From NCBI RefSeq assembly GCF_001194135.2, contig NC_068998.1, forward strand, positions 22,816,997-22,865,626: 48,630 bases of DNA, given 5' to 3'. The notes below the pieces were generated by a model. It had not been told where the DNA came from. It made no database searches and saw only the letters and a program-made list of their open reading frames with translations. The position numbers and the translations under genes are program-made. This document shows, in pieces, positions 36,471-48,630 of the stretch (positions are counted from its first letter, which is position 1; the number at the start of each line of letters is the position of its first letter). This DNA is from Octopus bimaculoides (Eukaryota).

Positions 36471-38291
36471 CGAACTCCTCTTCATCATCTTCATCATCAT
36501 CACCATCATCACCACCGCCACTGCCACCGCCGCAACCACCACGCGTTATTATATGCGATGTTACATCTACGATAGTTAATCCTTCTGATATCTGTATAAG
36601 TTAACAAAATTACCATTCATTATAGATTATACTTTTAATCCTTGTAATCTTCATCATTGTTACTATTCTCGTTATCATTACCTACATTATTATCATCCAT
36701 AATTCGTCCTGCCATAATTATTGTTACATTTAGTATCATTGCTGCTGCCACTATTATCATGGTTGCCATAGCCTCTTATCTAGGAAATAAGTGTGAGTGT
36801 GTATGTGTGTGTGTATGTGTGTGTGTGTGTGTGTGTGTGCGTGTGTGCGTGCGTGCGCGCTTGTGTGTGTATAGACAAAAGAAAGTATAGCACTGATGCG
36901 CAAGACGCAGTGACGCAAATGAAAAGGATGAAGAGTAACATCACAATTATTTTCTTCCGAAGCCATTTCAAACGTGAACTAATTTTTGTTTCAGGCGACA
37001 ATACATTGTCTAAATATTTCTCTTTCTATTTTTATGCTGCTAGTGCTGGACAGAGGCATGTTCTTGGCGGCTGTTTCCACTATATTTAGACACCATGTAG
37101 AGTATCACAATTTTTGTTCATTACGTATAGCTCAGTAGGTAAATTTCGGGCCAGGTCATCTCTGTGTAGAACTGTAATAGAAAGTGTACTATATTAATAA
37201 ATCTCATGATTCATTGAGATACAGTGCTCTTAGAATCAACATAAGGTTTGTGCATATCCTATCCTAAAAATATAAGGTAAACATTTTAGTGATAATCTGA
37301 TGCAGTTGTCCACATTTTTATAACAAAATTTCATTGTGGATGCATTATAAAATGCAAGTACCTTTTAATAACTCATCTGTCAGCTGAAAGTACTCATAAT
37401 AGAATCATTTATATATACGAGTGAGTAGGCTAGACGCTACCAGCTGCATCAATTTAATGAGCGGAAGCTGAATACCTATATTTAGAATCATTACACATTT
37501 AATCATATCCAATCAGTTTTTAAAACTACTGCAGGCAATATAAAGGCAGTATAGAGCTTGACGGCAAAGACAATTATATGACGGAAATAATTTAAGGTAT
37601 TGAATTACTGTCTTATATTAGATGAAATATATAGTTCGCGTACGCTTAACTTATAATCCTCCTGGCCAAGAGTAATCATATCGCTAATAACAATATAATG
37701 TAATTATTACTCGAAGTGTTGCTAATGAACTATACTTATTTGATATCTAAGGCCGTAATATATATATAAACACACACACGCATGTGTGTCTATGTGTACG
37801 TGCGTGTGTATGTATGTGTGTGCCTGTGTGTGAGCGTTGCTTTTTTAAAAATCGTATTGTGTCAGTTGTAGAATACACAGTGAGTAATCATCAGACACGA
37901 CACACATTCCCCGCGCTTTCAGCAGTAGAAATATGCGCAGATATTCTGAATGGGATCAATGTCATATAGCTACAATATTTACTGTATAACATAAACATTA
38001 GTTATATAATATTTACAAACCTAAAATACTAAGAAATATTACGTTGTGAAGTTGTATGAAGTACGGCATAGATAACTTTTTGTCTATTGAAAATATATAT
38101 ATTTGCTACAAACAATCTGAAGAAAGCCAGAGATGTTTTGACGTGTGGAGCATATCTTGCCTAAGTGTCATAGTTGTGATACACAAACTTTAGACGAATG
38201 GTAAAGGAAAGAACAAAATGGCAACATCATCATTAATAAAATAATAAGATTTGCTGTTATATGCATATAGGAAATGTGCTCGGTTTAATCT

Positions 38292-39185
38292 TATCAGGTC
38301 ATCTCATAAGTTCTGTCCGAAATTTGAATAAAGAAAACAAGTGATCAAATGTTATATTTAACTGAAATTTAATCATCAATGTACTTTCCCTGATTATCTA
38401 TGTCTTCCTTTCATCTATTGACAAGCTTTTTAATCCCATCAATGTAAAACTCTTTTGGTTTCAAAGTGAAGAACTCTGAAATGTCAGTTTTGACCTCTTC
38501 CTGGCTTGCGAAAGTTATGCTCCCCAAATGATTCTGTAAACTACGAAACAAATGGCAGTCTGAAGGAACAAGGTCGGGAGAATAAGGTGGATGAGGACTT
38601 TTTCCTAACCAAGCTCTTCGATCTTCTGTGATGTGATCGTTGCAGTGAGGTGTCACGCATTGTCCTGATGAAACTCCTTTTCGATTCACTAAAGCGGGTC
38701 TTTTTTCTTCAAAGCTTGGTTCATACGTTCTAATTGTTGACAGTAAACCTGAGCATTGATTGTTGCATTACGTAATAATTCAAAGTGAATTGCTCCATTG
38801 CAATCCCACCAGATAGAGAGAAGAACTTTTTTCCCATGAAGTTCCCTTCTCGCTTGTGGTTGAGCCTTTTCCCTTTTACCAAGCCACTGTTTACGACGTT
38901 TAACGTATCGATAGAAGATCCAGTTTTCGTCAACAGTCACAAGACAATCCAAAACAGGTGAAATGAGTTCCCGAGAATGGAGAGAAGAGCTGATGTCAAC
39001 TCGGGATTTGCGCTTGCTTTCGGACAATTCATGAGGCATCCATTTTCCAAGTTTAGGAACCTTTCCATGTTGTTGAAGATGACGATGGTTTGAACTAAGG
39101 CTTTATTGCCAATTCTTCAACTGATAATGCAGGATTTACTTGGAGTAATGGCTCAAGGTGCTCATCAAACTCAACTGGACATCCT
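38292..39185 (-). mobile_element. mariner (DD34D) transposon, 5'-truncated, one TIR retained, inactivated
   Basis: WMPHEL; LVTVDENWIFY; KKVLLSIWWD; FHQDNA*; HPPYSPDLVPSD (34 residues between D2 and D3). TA plus TIR-like tcaggtcatctcataagttctgtccg at 38292. Stops and frameshifts present. Confidence 0.95.
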
Positions 39186-39201
39186 GTGTGTGTGTGTGTG
39201 A

Positions 39202-39361
39202 CAGGTGTGGACTAATTCGTCGGTCAATCGGGCACTGCCCGAGGGTCCCGAGCTTTGATGGATCCGCATTCTACATGTTAACTCTATTAAAACACACATT
39301 CAAAGGGTCCCGGTTAACAGTTATGCCAAAGGGGTCCTGTAATGCTCTCAGTCCGCCTTTG
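39202..39361. mobile_element. Probable hAT-like MITE with decayed TIRs
   Basis: 5' caggtgtggactaa vs reverse complement of the 3' end caaaggcggactga; internal gggtccc repeats; flanks gtgtgtga/atatatga could be a decayed 8-bp TSD. Confidence 0.4.
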
Positions 39362-39458
39362 ATATATGATCATGTAATACAATACAACAGATTTCATCAG
39401 TGCCGAAAGGCCTGAAAGCATCTTCACGATTATATGAAATAAAGCTTGCATATTCTTT

Positions 39459-39662
39459 TCTACTCTAGGCACAAGACCCGGAAGTTTTGGGGAAGGGGGC
39501 CAGTCGATTAGAGCGACCCCAGTACGCAACTGGTACTTAAATGATAGACTCTGAAAGGATGAAAGACAAGTCCACCCCGACGGAATTTGAACCTATAGAC
39601 AGACGAAATACCGCTAAGCATTTCACTCGGCGTGCTAACTTTCCTGCCAGTTCGCCGCCTTA
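39459..39662 (-). mobile_element. tRNA-derived SINE, near full length
   Basis: A-box-like tggcaggaaagttagc (39634-39649), B-box ggttcaaattcc (39582-39593), body tttcatcctttc..aagtaccagttgcgtactggggtcg, 3' cttgtgcctagagtagaaaag. Confidence 0.9.
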
Positions 39663-42600
39663 GCTGCATATTCTGATTCAAACAAACATATATACGGATG
39701 CACGTTCTTGCTTATAAAGATCATGCTACTGAATATTTTGAATACATTTAGACATATTGTATTTCAATCGAAATGGATCCATATCGTAAACTTTGTTTTG
39801 TAATGCATGGCGTTGAATGTTAAACCTCTGTGTTTTCTTTACCGTTACGTATTATTGTTACTAGCTCTAACTAGATGACTCTGTTTGCCCGTACTGGATA
39901 AGATCATGTTTCCAATGAAAGGATCATTTTCCCTTCATTGAAACGCTAAAAATAACAATAGTTAACAAAAGTAATTTCTTAAGCAATGTTCCCCGTTCTC
40001 TCTCTCTGCCTCCCTCTCTCTAACTTCACTCTCAAAATTTGCTTCTGATTTTGCGTTGACTGTATTCTGTATGTTGCGCGCTTCTCTCACCTGGTTATCA
40101 TCAGTAATAGCTTAATGTTACACTGGTTTAAATATACCCCAACCATTTTTTGTCTATGCCCTCTTTTATTGGTTCACGTTCAACCTTTTTGCAATGATGG
40201 TCTCGAAGAAATACTTAACATGCATTATCAATTAGTCTTCATCACTATACGTATACCATCTCAACTGCCAGATACCTCAAACTACCTAGAATATTTTCGT
40301 AACTCCAAACATTATCTCTGCCTTGGTATAACTCGCCTTTATCGATTCATACGACCATTACTGCATATTATCTACGCAACACATTTCCACATACCGCAAT
40401 ATACGTACTTCATCCCGTACCCTCTTTTATTACCAGAAAACTAACAGTGGAAGAACATTCCAGCGTAGGCCAGTTATTCTTTATTGTGAAGGAATTATGT
40501 TGCTGATCCACCATAGACATATATACAAATATTCCAAATTCCCAATTAGACTAAATAGGGGACAAATTTCTGGAGAAAAAACTGTATACCATGCGTGACG
40601 CTGTGGAGATCACCCACCCAGAGACGAGTGACCTTTAAACACAGATATTCAATAACTGTATGACCTCTTTGCGAATATTGGCAGTGTGTGAGATACAAAG
40701 TACGAATCTCATGCTATTTCCCTCCAACAGTATTGCCAAACCTTTCGGTAACTAAACAAAAAATTGATTTCTACCGACGTTCTATCACACCTATGTATAT
40801 ATTCATTGATATTCAAGAATACTTTGTGGTTTGCCGTAATATCTGATATTGTAGAATATTTCCTTCATGCTTATCTATAAAATGCATATAAAATTCGCTA
40901 GTGAATACTACTGACATATATGATACTTGTGACTGGAAATCTGCTGAAGAAAGTTTATTTTTATTATAGAGATCCATTTTCAACATTACTCCAGGATATT
41001 GTCAAGACAGAATAGAATGTGTTTAAAATCTATTCGCCCAAGCTTCATACATAATTTAAATTTCAAATCTGCACATGGTCCCGAACGCTTATCCAGCGCA
41101 GTTTTATATCTGTTCGCCTACGCTTGAAATTATTTGCTCTACTTAGCAAAATGCTAAGTTTTAGTTGTAATAAGTTACATGTCATCAGTCCAATTATCAT
41201 TCTGATATTCTAGCTAAACTATTTTGTACAACTCTATTTGAATCTCAACTGAAAACAGCACATAACACTCAGTTTTAATCACTCATCAGAAGGAAACATT
41301 GAAATCTATTCTGCTTCCTGTCAGCGTGTTGTCCCTGTAGGTGAAATGTTACGCTAAGCTAGGCAACTCAAAGGCAACGCTATATAACGAAACTGCAAAT
41401 TCATAGACTATCAATTTGACATATCCAACATGTCTGTGTGGAAGATACTGGTAGTCGCGGTGATGTTTTCTAGCGTAAGAACTGTCACCAAATTTGTTTG
41501 CATTTTAATGAAGTTTTCAATCTTTTCATATTTTACATTTAAGATGTTTTCGCATAGGAGAAGCAAAAGGCTTTTTTCACCAAATGTGAGACCTGCCAAT
41601 ACTAATGAATAATTTCGATTCTAAAAAGTCAAACATGTCTATGTGAATAAAGTTCAGATGGGTGAATCAACTAACGTACTTATATTTTTAAAGCCTGGGA
41701 CTATCGGACTTCATTTTGCCATTTGGGGCAAGAACGAATAGATCTTGTTGCTTCTAACTCTGGTGCATCTGAGTTATATGCATAAATACACGCAATCACA
41801 CACAGGTACATACACGTTTATATACATATATGCACAGACACACACGCACATCTTTGTGTGTGTGTATATATATGTGCATATATATATATATATATATATA
41901 CATATATATATTAGCAGAAGTACCCGACGTTACTACAATATTTTTGATACTTGGTAAATTTCCTTTGTTATAAATAACGTTAACGTTAACTTGTAACAAA
42001 ATTAATCGCCGCTGAAGCCAAGAGGTAGCAATTTGATACAGATTCCTGCGATGGGTTTTAATACATTCTCAGATGGTGTAACAATCACGGGTGAAGTATC
42101 CCTGAAAAGGGCGTTTCCGTCGTTCTCACAACGGTAACAATTTGATAAGAAGCCCTGAAAAAGGAATTAATGCATTCTCAGGTGGTGTAACATTAGTATG
42201 TAAAGAGTCCCTGAACATGGGGCATCTTTGTTTACACTGAAGGCAATGGAACTGTTGCTGAGAAATGTGAAACTCTGCGAAAGCAGATGAGAAACCTAGG
42301 TTGGACAAAGGAAAAGTAACGTGGTTGAGTAAAGTTAGTAACTTGGGAAATATAACTACAGTAGCACTCATTTCTCATATATCAGGTTTGCAACGCTGCA
42401 CTGGTATAGTGGAGTCCCCAAGGTTTACGAATGTGAAATCAGTTGACGCATAAAGTGCCTACAACACTCTGTAGATCACATGTTTCATTTTCCCATTTGG
42501 GGCAAGAGCGAATAGATTCTGTTGCTTCTAACTCTGGTGCATCTGACATGAGGGAAACATGGGACGCCCTTCTTCTTTTGGAAACCGAATCAGACTCTGT

Positions 42601-43033
42601 TACGATGAAGGCACGTTCTTTTCTTTGCTGGCATGGCAATAGTATTGGATTATGTTTGAATTGCGAGTTTAAAAAACTGGCAAAAGAGTAAACTGAAAAA
42701 AACTGGACACGATGAACAAAATATGTACCTGCTAAATATATTATTTAAAAAAGGTCGCAGCAAGGATATACAGTTAGCTATCTTGACACAAAGACATTGA
42801 ATACAATATTTTTTAACGACACGAAAGCTAAAACCTTGTAGGCGGCAACAGTATGAAGGAGGTACCTTGACTGAATCTGGCGACAAAGGAAACTTTCAAA
42901 GGGAATAATGAAATTTAAGCAATAATGTACGACAAATGGTAGGACTAACCTGGCATGATGAAGTGAACTGTGTTCCACCAGTGAAATTCACTCAATGAAT
43001 TAATTGGAAGGGTTCATTACAGTAGACAATCAA

Positions 43034-43420
43034 TAGTGTTCGCGCGCATAGGTCAAAGGTCATCCTCACAGTTTAACCCTTATTGGCAGACCATTAACAT
43101 AATGTCATTAAAGAAAACGGGAGTGAAAAGCAGGAATTATGATCGTCAGCGATAATGGGGGCGAAGGAAGGGATTAAACACAGAGGACAGGGATATAAAC
43201 AGTCATTCACACCAAACAAGATGCTGAAGTGGGCGACATCATGGCCATAGTCGATAATAGGGGAGGGCTTAAGTAAACACATATCTACATAGATCATAGT
43301 GTTCACGCCTACATGTCAAAGGTCATGCTCTCAGTCTACTTTGTGTAATTAATGAAACTTTGTACTGAAGGGGCTGGGAGATCATGACAGTAGGCGATAA
43401 TGGGGGAGGGTAAGTAAACA
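43034..43420 (+). promoter_or_regulatory. Repeated module with DR1, GATA and forkhead-like motifs
   Basis: AGGTCAaAGGTCA 43050-43062 and ATGTCAaAGGTCA 43313-43325; GATAAT at 43151, 43253, 43396; (G)TAAACA at 43175, 43273, 43414. Function not demonstrated. Confidence 0.35.
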
Positions 43421-43966
43421 CTAATGCACAGGGATCAGATCAGCGAGGTGAAACTGTCCCTCAATCGTTAGCGCGTGGGCAAACGGTAGAATTTGTAAGC
43501 AGAAAAAAATAAGTTTAATTCAGTAAACTGCAAATTTAATGGGAATGAACTTGACAAAATATTAGATTAAAGCAGTCAATTAAGCATGAGTAATATTCTC
43601 GCTAAATTTGGAGCGAATTGGTTTTGGAACAGCGGAGGTTATTGGCAAAAATAAAAACGATTTTTACGCAGTTATTAGCGGGTTTTTCGCAATTAACGCG
43701 GAGGTAGTTGACAAACATTTTACGCAAAACAATTCTTACGTCATGAGTAATGTTCGTGTCTAATGTTGAGGTAATTACTCGAAAAACCATGTTGCTACGG
43801 GCAAAAACTGGTTTCCTGAACAGTTATTCGCGGTTTCCTGTTATAGACGCGTGTGTGGAAACTATAAAGTAGGACATGACAACATGTGGAGCATAAGCTA
43901 GTAGTGTTAAGTTTAAGCGAAATGCGTTAAAAAATGTGGAAATGCATAATGTGCCTACACACAGAC

Positions 43967-43973
<7 letters not shown>

Positions 43974-44032
<59 letters not shown>

Positions 44033-44070
44033 TATACATATATATATATGTGTGTGTGTGTGTGTATACA
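43974..44070. repeat. (TA)n-(TG)n compound microsatellite
   Basis: Direct reading. Confidence 0.95.
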
Positions 44071-44078
44071 TACAATTT

Positions 44079-44220
44079 TAGTCTACCAAATCCACTCGCA
44101 AGGCTTTGCTCGGTACGAGGCATTATTAGAAACCTGTTGTCCAATGAATTATGTTGTGGGACTGAATCCAGAAACATGTTATTGCGAAGCAAGCTTCTTA
44201 CCACACAGTCACGCTTGTTT
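44079..44220 (-). mobile_element. tRNA-derived SINE (same family as 9481-9646), decayed
   Basis: agtctaccaaatccactc.caaggcttt...gggactgaatccagaaacatg...gcttcttaccacacagtcac. Confidence 0.8.
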
Positions 44221-46021
44221 CCTTAGAATGTAAAAGTAAGAGAGTGAACCATCGCAATCTGTATAGTCTCTTATACATCGATAATCATGTTTCAGTGTTC
44301 TGAGCTTCACTGATATTAGGATGTTCTTGAAGAAACATTCAACAAACAGTTCTCTTATAACTATCCAATCTCTGTATATGTCTTTGTCACATCATTATGT
44401 AATGTATTTCGATGTTACTGCGTGTAACATAAACATTGACAGTAATTCAGAAAGCAGTTTAGATATGTTCTCTAGCTATTTATTCATTATTTAATGTTAT
44501 CGGTAACGTTTGCTTATTTACTGAAAGTCGATTCTTTACGAGCAACGAAAGTTGACGGAAATTGAATAATGAAAATAATAAAAGAAACATGAAGCAATTA
44601 CAAATGTCTATTATGTTTCTTAGAGAAGAGAGTGAGTTCGTACAATGATATTAGGGTTTTCTTGAAAATGAGAACTACATTACTATCTAATTTTATTGAA
44701 TTATCTTCAGATTCAGCACGTGATAATTGCATGTATATATTATAGGAACATTTATTAAGAAACGGAAATTATTAGTTCAGAATATAAATATGGTGATTAT
44801 AGCACTTTTTTTTGATATTTGTACACATATATTTTGATATCAAAACACCACATTATAATTGTCTTGGTTTTCTCATATTTTTGTTACTGCTTTTCTTGTC
44901 ACGAAACAAAACACACTTTCGATATGATAAATAATTTTGATGTGATCAAAGACCTCATCACTTTCATAGATATTCTAAAGTAATTAGCCGATATTTCGAT
45001 TGCACAACAGAAATTGCGTTCCAAGCTAAAAGAGTCACGACACCATTTTCCAATTGATGCTTATATTTTCACGTGATGTTTTATATTCATCACTAAGCTA
45101 ATAGAACGCACAACGTATATACATTTCATTATTACTAAATGGGAATAATTTTTAAGCTGGATATTTCAAAGTTATTTATATATTTGTATTCATTACTCAA
45201 AAAGCAAAAAAAAAGCGACAAAATACGTTAGTTGCTTTTACAAAGCATTATTTTACTTTGTTATACAAATCATATATTTTTATGATATGGAAATTGTTTT
45301 GATTATCTTTGATGAGATGTTTTGCGATATTTATCGAATTCAATGAAAGTTATTTTGTCCTTAGGTTTATATACAGAAAATATAGCATTTCAGTGTCACA
45401 TAAGAAATTTGTTATTATTTATATATTTTATGTTGCAATTTCTGCAAGACAACATTTCAGTTATCACGTGCGTCACATAATATCTCCCAGAATTACTCTA
45501 CGGAATGACTTGAAAAGTGTGTCTTACTTAATGAAAACTAATTATCTAATGAGATATATGTCTCGTAAATACCGGGTTCATTGTCGTTTTTTTTTAATTC
45601 TTTTACATATTTGGATATAAACATAGACAACACAAACATAAAAATTAACGAACAAGTTTGAGAAATAGACAAAAGCCAAGCCTGAAACACATGCATAAAT
45701 AAAATGATACAAATATAAAAATTCAATTGTTTGAAAGAAAAGACCTAATACTATTTAAGCAATGTGGTCCTGGGTAGTCGATTTGTTAGATGAGGTGCTG
45801 ATGAAATAGAAATAATACGTGAAATATGTATATGCAGCCATTACTATTTTTTCCCATCTTCTAACTCATTGCTTTATATAAATGTTTTCGTTTACGAAAC
45901 GTAGTATGACACTGCGCTGTCTCTGAATTATATAGAGTATAGACGTAAACACGAAGGAAATATCCAAAAGTACAATTTAGCGTCATTGCGAACTATTTTT
46001 TTTCTTGGTTATCGATTTCAG

Positions 46022-46110
46022 ATTCGCGTAGGGTCACGGGATACTTCCGACCAGAAGAATATCATAGTCGCACAGAAGATGTCATCGACGTTACAGGGTA
46101 CACTCCGTGA
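46022..46110 (+). CDS. Candidate coding exon of unknown gene
   Basis: Acceptor tttttttcttggttatcgatttcag| and a local GC rise. Phase 1 reads SRRVTGYFRPEEYHSRTEDVIDVTGYTP*; phase 0 reads IRVGSRDTSDQKNIIVAQKMSSTLQG with a donor at 46098. Confidence 0.3.
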
Positions 46111-46874
46111 AAAATAATTTAGTTATTGGTTATTTTCTTGCTTGTCCCACATTGTGTTAATCACTGTAAATGAGTTTATATCATATGTAAATATGTCTCG
46201 AAATTGAAAAATAGTGTCGGGTTCAATCTATAAGGTGCTACGAATAATATTTAACAGATCAGACAATATGGAACATGTAGTTTGTTAAGTGACAATGAAA
46301 GGATGAATAACATCAGTAGTTAAAGATATTCATGTTGATGTTGATAATGTTGATGATCATGATGAGTAGCAGTAGCTATAGGAGGAAGAGGCCGCCGCCG
46401 GCGACGATGATGATATGATTGTGAGAATGGCAATGACGATAAGGAAATAGGTGGTAATGGTGATGGTCAAATATGTAGGATGTAGATTTTCCTTGCGGTG
46501 ATGATGGTAATGACAACGAAAGCCTTCATTATCGATGCCATTGTTCACGGCGATGATAGGAGCATCTGTAATTAATTAGTGACATTGTCATAACTTTCAG
46601 AATTTTCATAAATGCCCACGTAAACATCACCATCATCATCATCATCATCATCATCATCATGACACCAACATCATAGTAATCTGTATGTTGTTTTTGACGT
46701 TTATCTCGACGGCATCTTCAATACTATCATCAAAACCATGATTATCTCTAAACTTCTACCCTTTCCACTTTATCGACATCAATGTCTACATCATTACGGA
46801 AAAGGGAAATAACATCATTATATTCGTCTTTCACAACTGACGCATATTGTTATTGATCATGACGATAAAGTCTA

Positions 46875-47270
46875 CATAGTTTTAGTCTCTGGACTGTGGC
46901 CATGCCTTGACAAGTTTTTAGTAGAATAGATCGAATTCTGTATTTGTTAATTTGAATTCTTAAGCCTGGTACATAATCCATCGACTCTTTTGCCGAAGCG
47001 CAAAATTACGAGAACGTAAGAACATGAACACCGGTTGTGAAGCAATGGTGTAGAGACAAACAGAGACGCACAGAACCACAGTGTCTCTCTTTCTTTTCCT
47101 CTCTGTCACGCACACATACATATAAAGGCATTCGACGGGCTTCTTTCTTCTCCAGTCTACCAAATCCACTCAGAACTGTTTCGTAATCCTAAGTCTATAG
47201 TAGATGACGCTTGCTTAAAGTGACACGCAGAGGGACTAAACCTGGAGCCATGTGATAGAGAACGCCTGCG
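46875..47270 (-). mobile_element. Composite SINE pair (same arrangement as 9236-9646), decayed
   Basis: ggactgtggccatg..aagcctggtac..tcgactcttttgccgaagcgc; ttcgacgggcttctttc..gtctaccaaatccactca..gggactaaacctggagccatgtg. Confidence 0.75.
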
Positions 47271-47339
47271 TCTATGTGAAACAATCACGATGATAACATC
47301 TAGAATCATGACGTATACATCGCCGATGTTGTTCATGAC

Positions 47340-47369
47340 GATGATAGTGATGATGATGATGATGATGAA

Positions 47370-47426
<57 letters not shown>

Positions 47427-47432
47427 GATGAT
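47340..47432. repeat. (GAT)n microsatellite
   Basis: Direct reading. Confidence 0.95.
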
Positions 47433-47914
47433 GTTACTGAGGCTGCTTTTACTTATGGATAGATGTACGAATTCCAGAATGGAGTTGCTCTGTTTGTGAG
47501 CACAAACCAGATAGAGAGTACACTTGTAACATTTAAGCAGAAAATGGCGAGGACTTGCACTTCACTTTTCACGCAGTATTTAGAAGGAACAACAGGTTAA
47601 GTTCCTGAAACAAAATTTAGAAATTTCAAACCGTATCAGTTGCAATGTTTGTAAAGAGAAAGAATGCATTCCTGAGGAAAATAAAATAAAAGCACCGATA
47701 TTTCTCTAAAAACAATACAGCCCACATTTCCTCTTTTCTGAATTATTTTTCCTCCTAAAACGAAATTGTTGAACAATAAGATGGAAACAACAGGGAGCAA
47801 TGTTTATGATTTCTCAAAGATGAGATTATAAACATTATCTTACAGTACTTATGAGTTGTAGAGAATGCTCACAAGAATTATAATAGTAAAAATTACATAC
47901 TAAAAAACACAAGG

Positions 47915-47915
<1 letters not shown>

Positions 47916-47987
<72 letters not shown>

Positions 47988-48240
47988 TCATTATTATTAT
48001 TAATATTATTATTATTGTTGATGTTGTTTTTCTTATTAATGATAATAAAATAATAATAGAAACAGTTTCATTATAAACAAAATAAGCATTATTATTATTA
48101 CCATTATTGTTATTTTTATTATTGCTATTATTACTATTATGATTGTTGTTGTCGTTGATTTTGTTATTGTGGTTGTTATTGGTATTGCTATTTTTCATTT
48201 AATCATTCTTATTAAGAATAACAACAATAATAATAAAAAA
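47916..48240. repeat. (TTA)n/(TTG)n degenerate microsatellite region
   Basis: Direct reading. Confidence 0.92.
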
Positions 48241-48630
48241 ATACTAGCCTCGGAAAAAATATATATCATTCGGTCAGGATGGACAAACATGATATCTCTT
48301 AGAAAGATTTTCACAAAAAAAACTAGGTAGAGAAAATTCAATATTTGCTTATCTCTTCCGCAACAGTCTATTGTTATTTGGCTATACTTGATGGACGGAA
48401 AAAAACTTCTATAACATGAAAAAATATCATCACAAATATGTGGACTCGCTTGGATATATATTGTATATATTTGTATAAAGAGAAAACTTACTGAACTTTC
48501 CGCTCTCAGACATTCCCTCTCTCTAGACATGCATGCATACGATCACTCATTGTCTGTTTCACTCTGTCTCTCGGTTTCCTTCCATTTATATCTAGATACA
48601 TATATGCACATATAAATATATATATATATA

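Noticed and set aside
41280-41400. Second hammerhead-like remnant (…acgaaactgc)
   Set aside because: No recognisable CUGANGA core or stem II at a usable distance.
1-48630. CRISPR arrays, rRNA, intact tRNA genes, prokaryotic operons
   Set aside because: None seen. The tRNA-like segments are decayed SINE heads without a full cloverleaf, and the sequence is eukaryotic.

Overview
AT-rich, microsatellite-dense animal genomic DNA with five N gaps. It is most likely an octopus (cephalopod); this is my inference from the tRNA-SINE families and the repeat landscape. No intact protein-coding gene is visible, and most ORFs in the track are microsatellite or antisense artefacts. Most of the window is decayed mobile DNA: at least 7 pieces of an RLE-type (R4/Dong-like) LINE, 3 Penelope-like (GIY-YIG) fragments, 3-4 mariner fragments, about 10 tRNA-SINE copies and MITE-like elements. 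Less obvious signals, all read by eye and needing a frameshift-aware search: (i) an apparent set of decayed intronless genes, namely a class-A GPCR at about 5.1-6.0 kb, an FMRFamide/sex-peptide-receptor-like GPCR at about 18.6-19.55 kb, a weaker GPCR at about 8.4-9.1 kb, and a CHST8-14-type carbohydrate sulfotransferase at about 29.0-29.8 kb split by a microsatellite block; (ii) a tRNA-like Pol III head, (AAT)n and a degenerate minimal hammerhead ribozyme directly 3' of a Penelope endonuclease ORF; (iii) a 95-bp-arm fold-back whose four transition mismatches are all G.U-compatible on the + strand; (iv) a repeated DR1/GATA/forkhead motif cluster; (v) a few isolated candidate exons.
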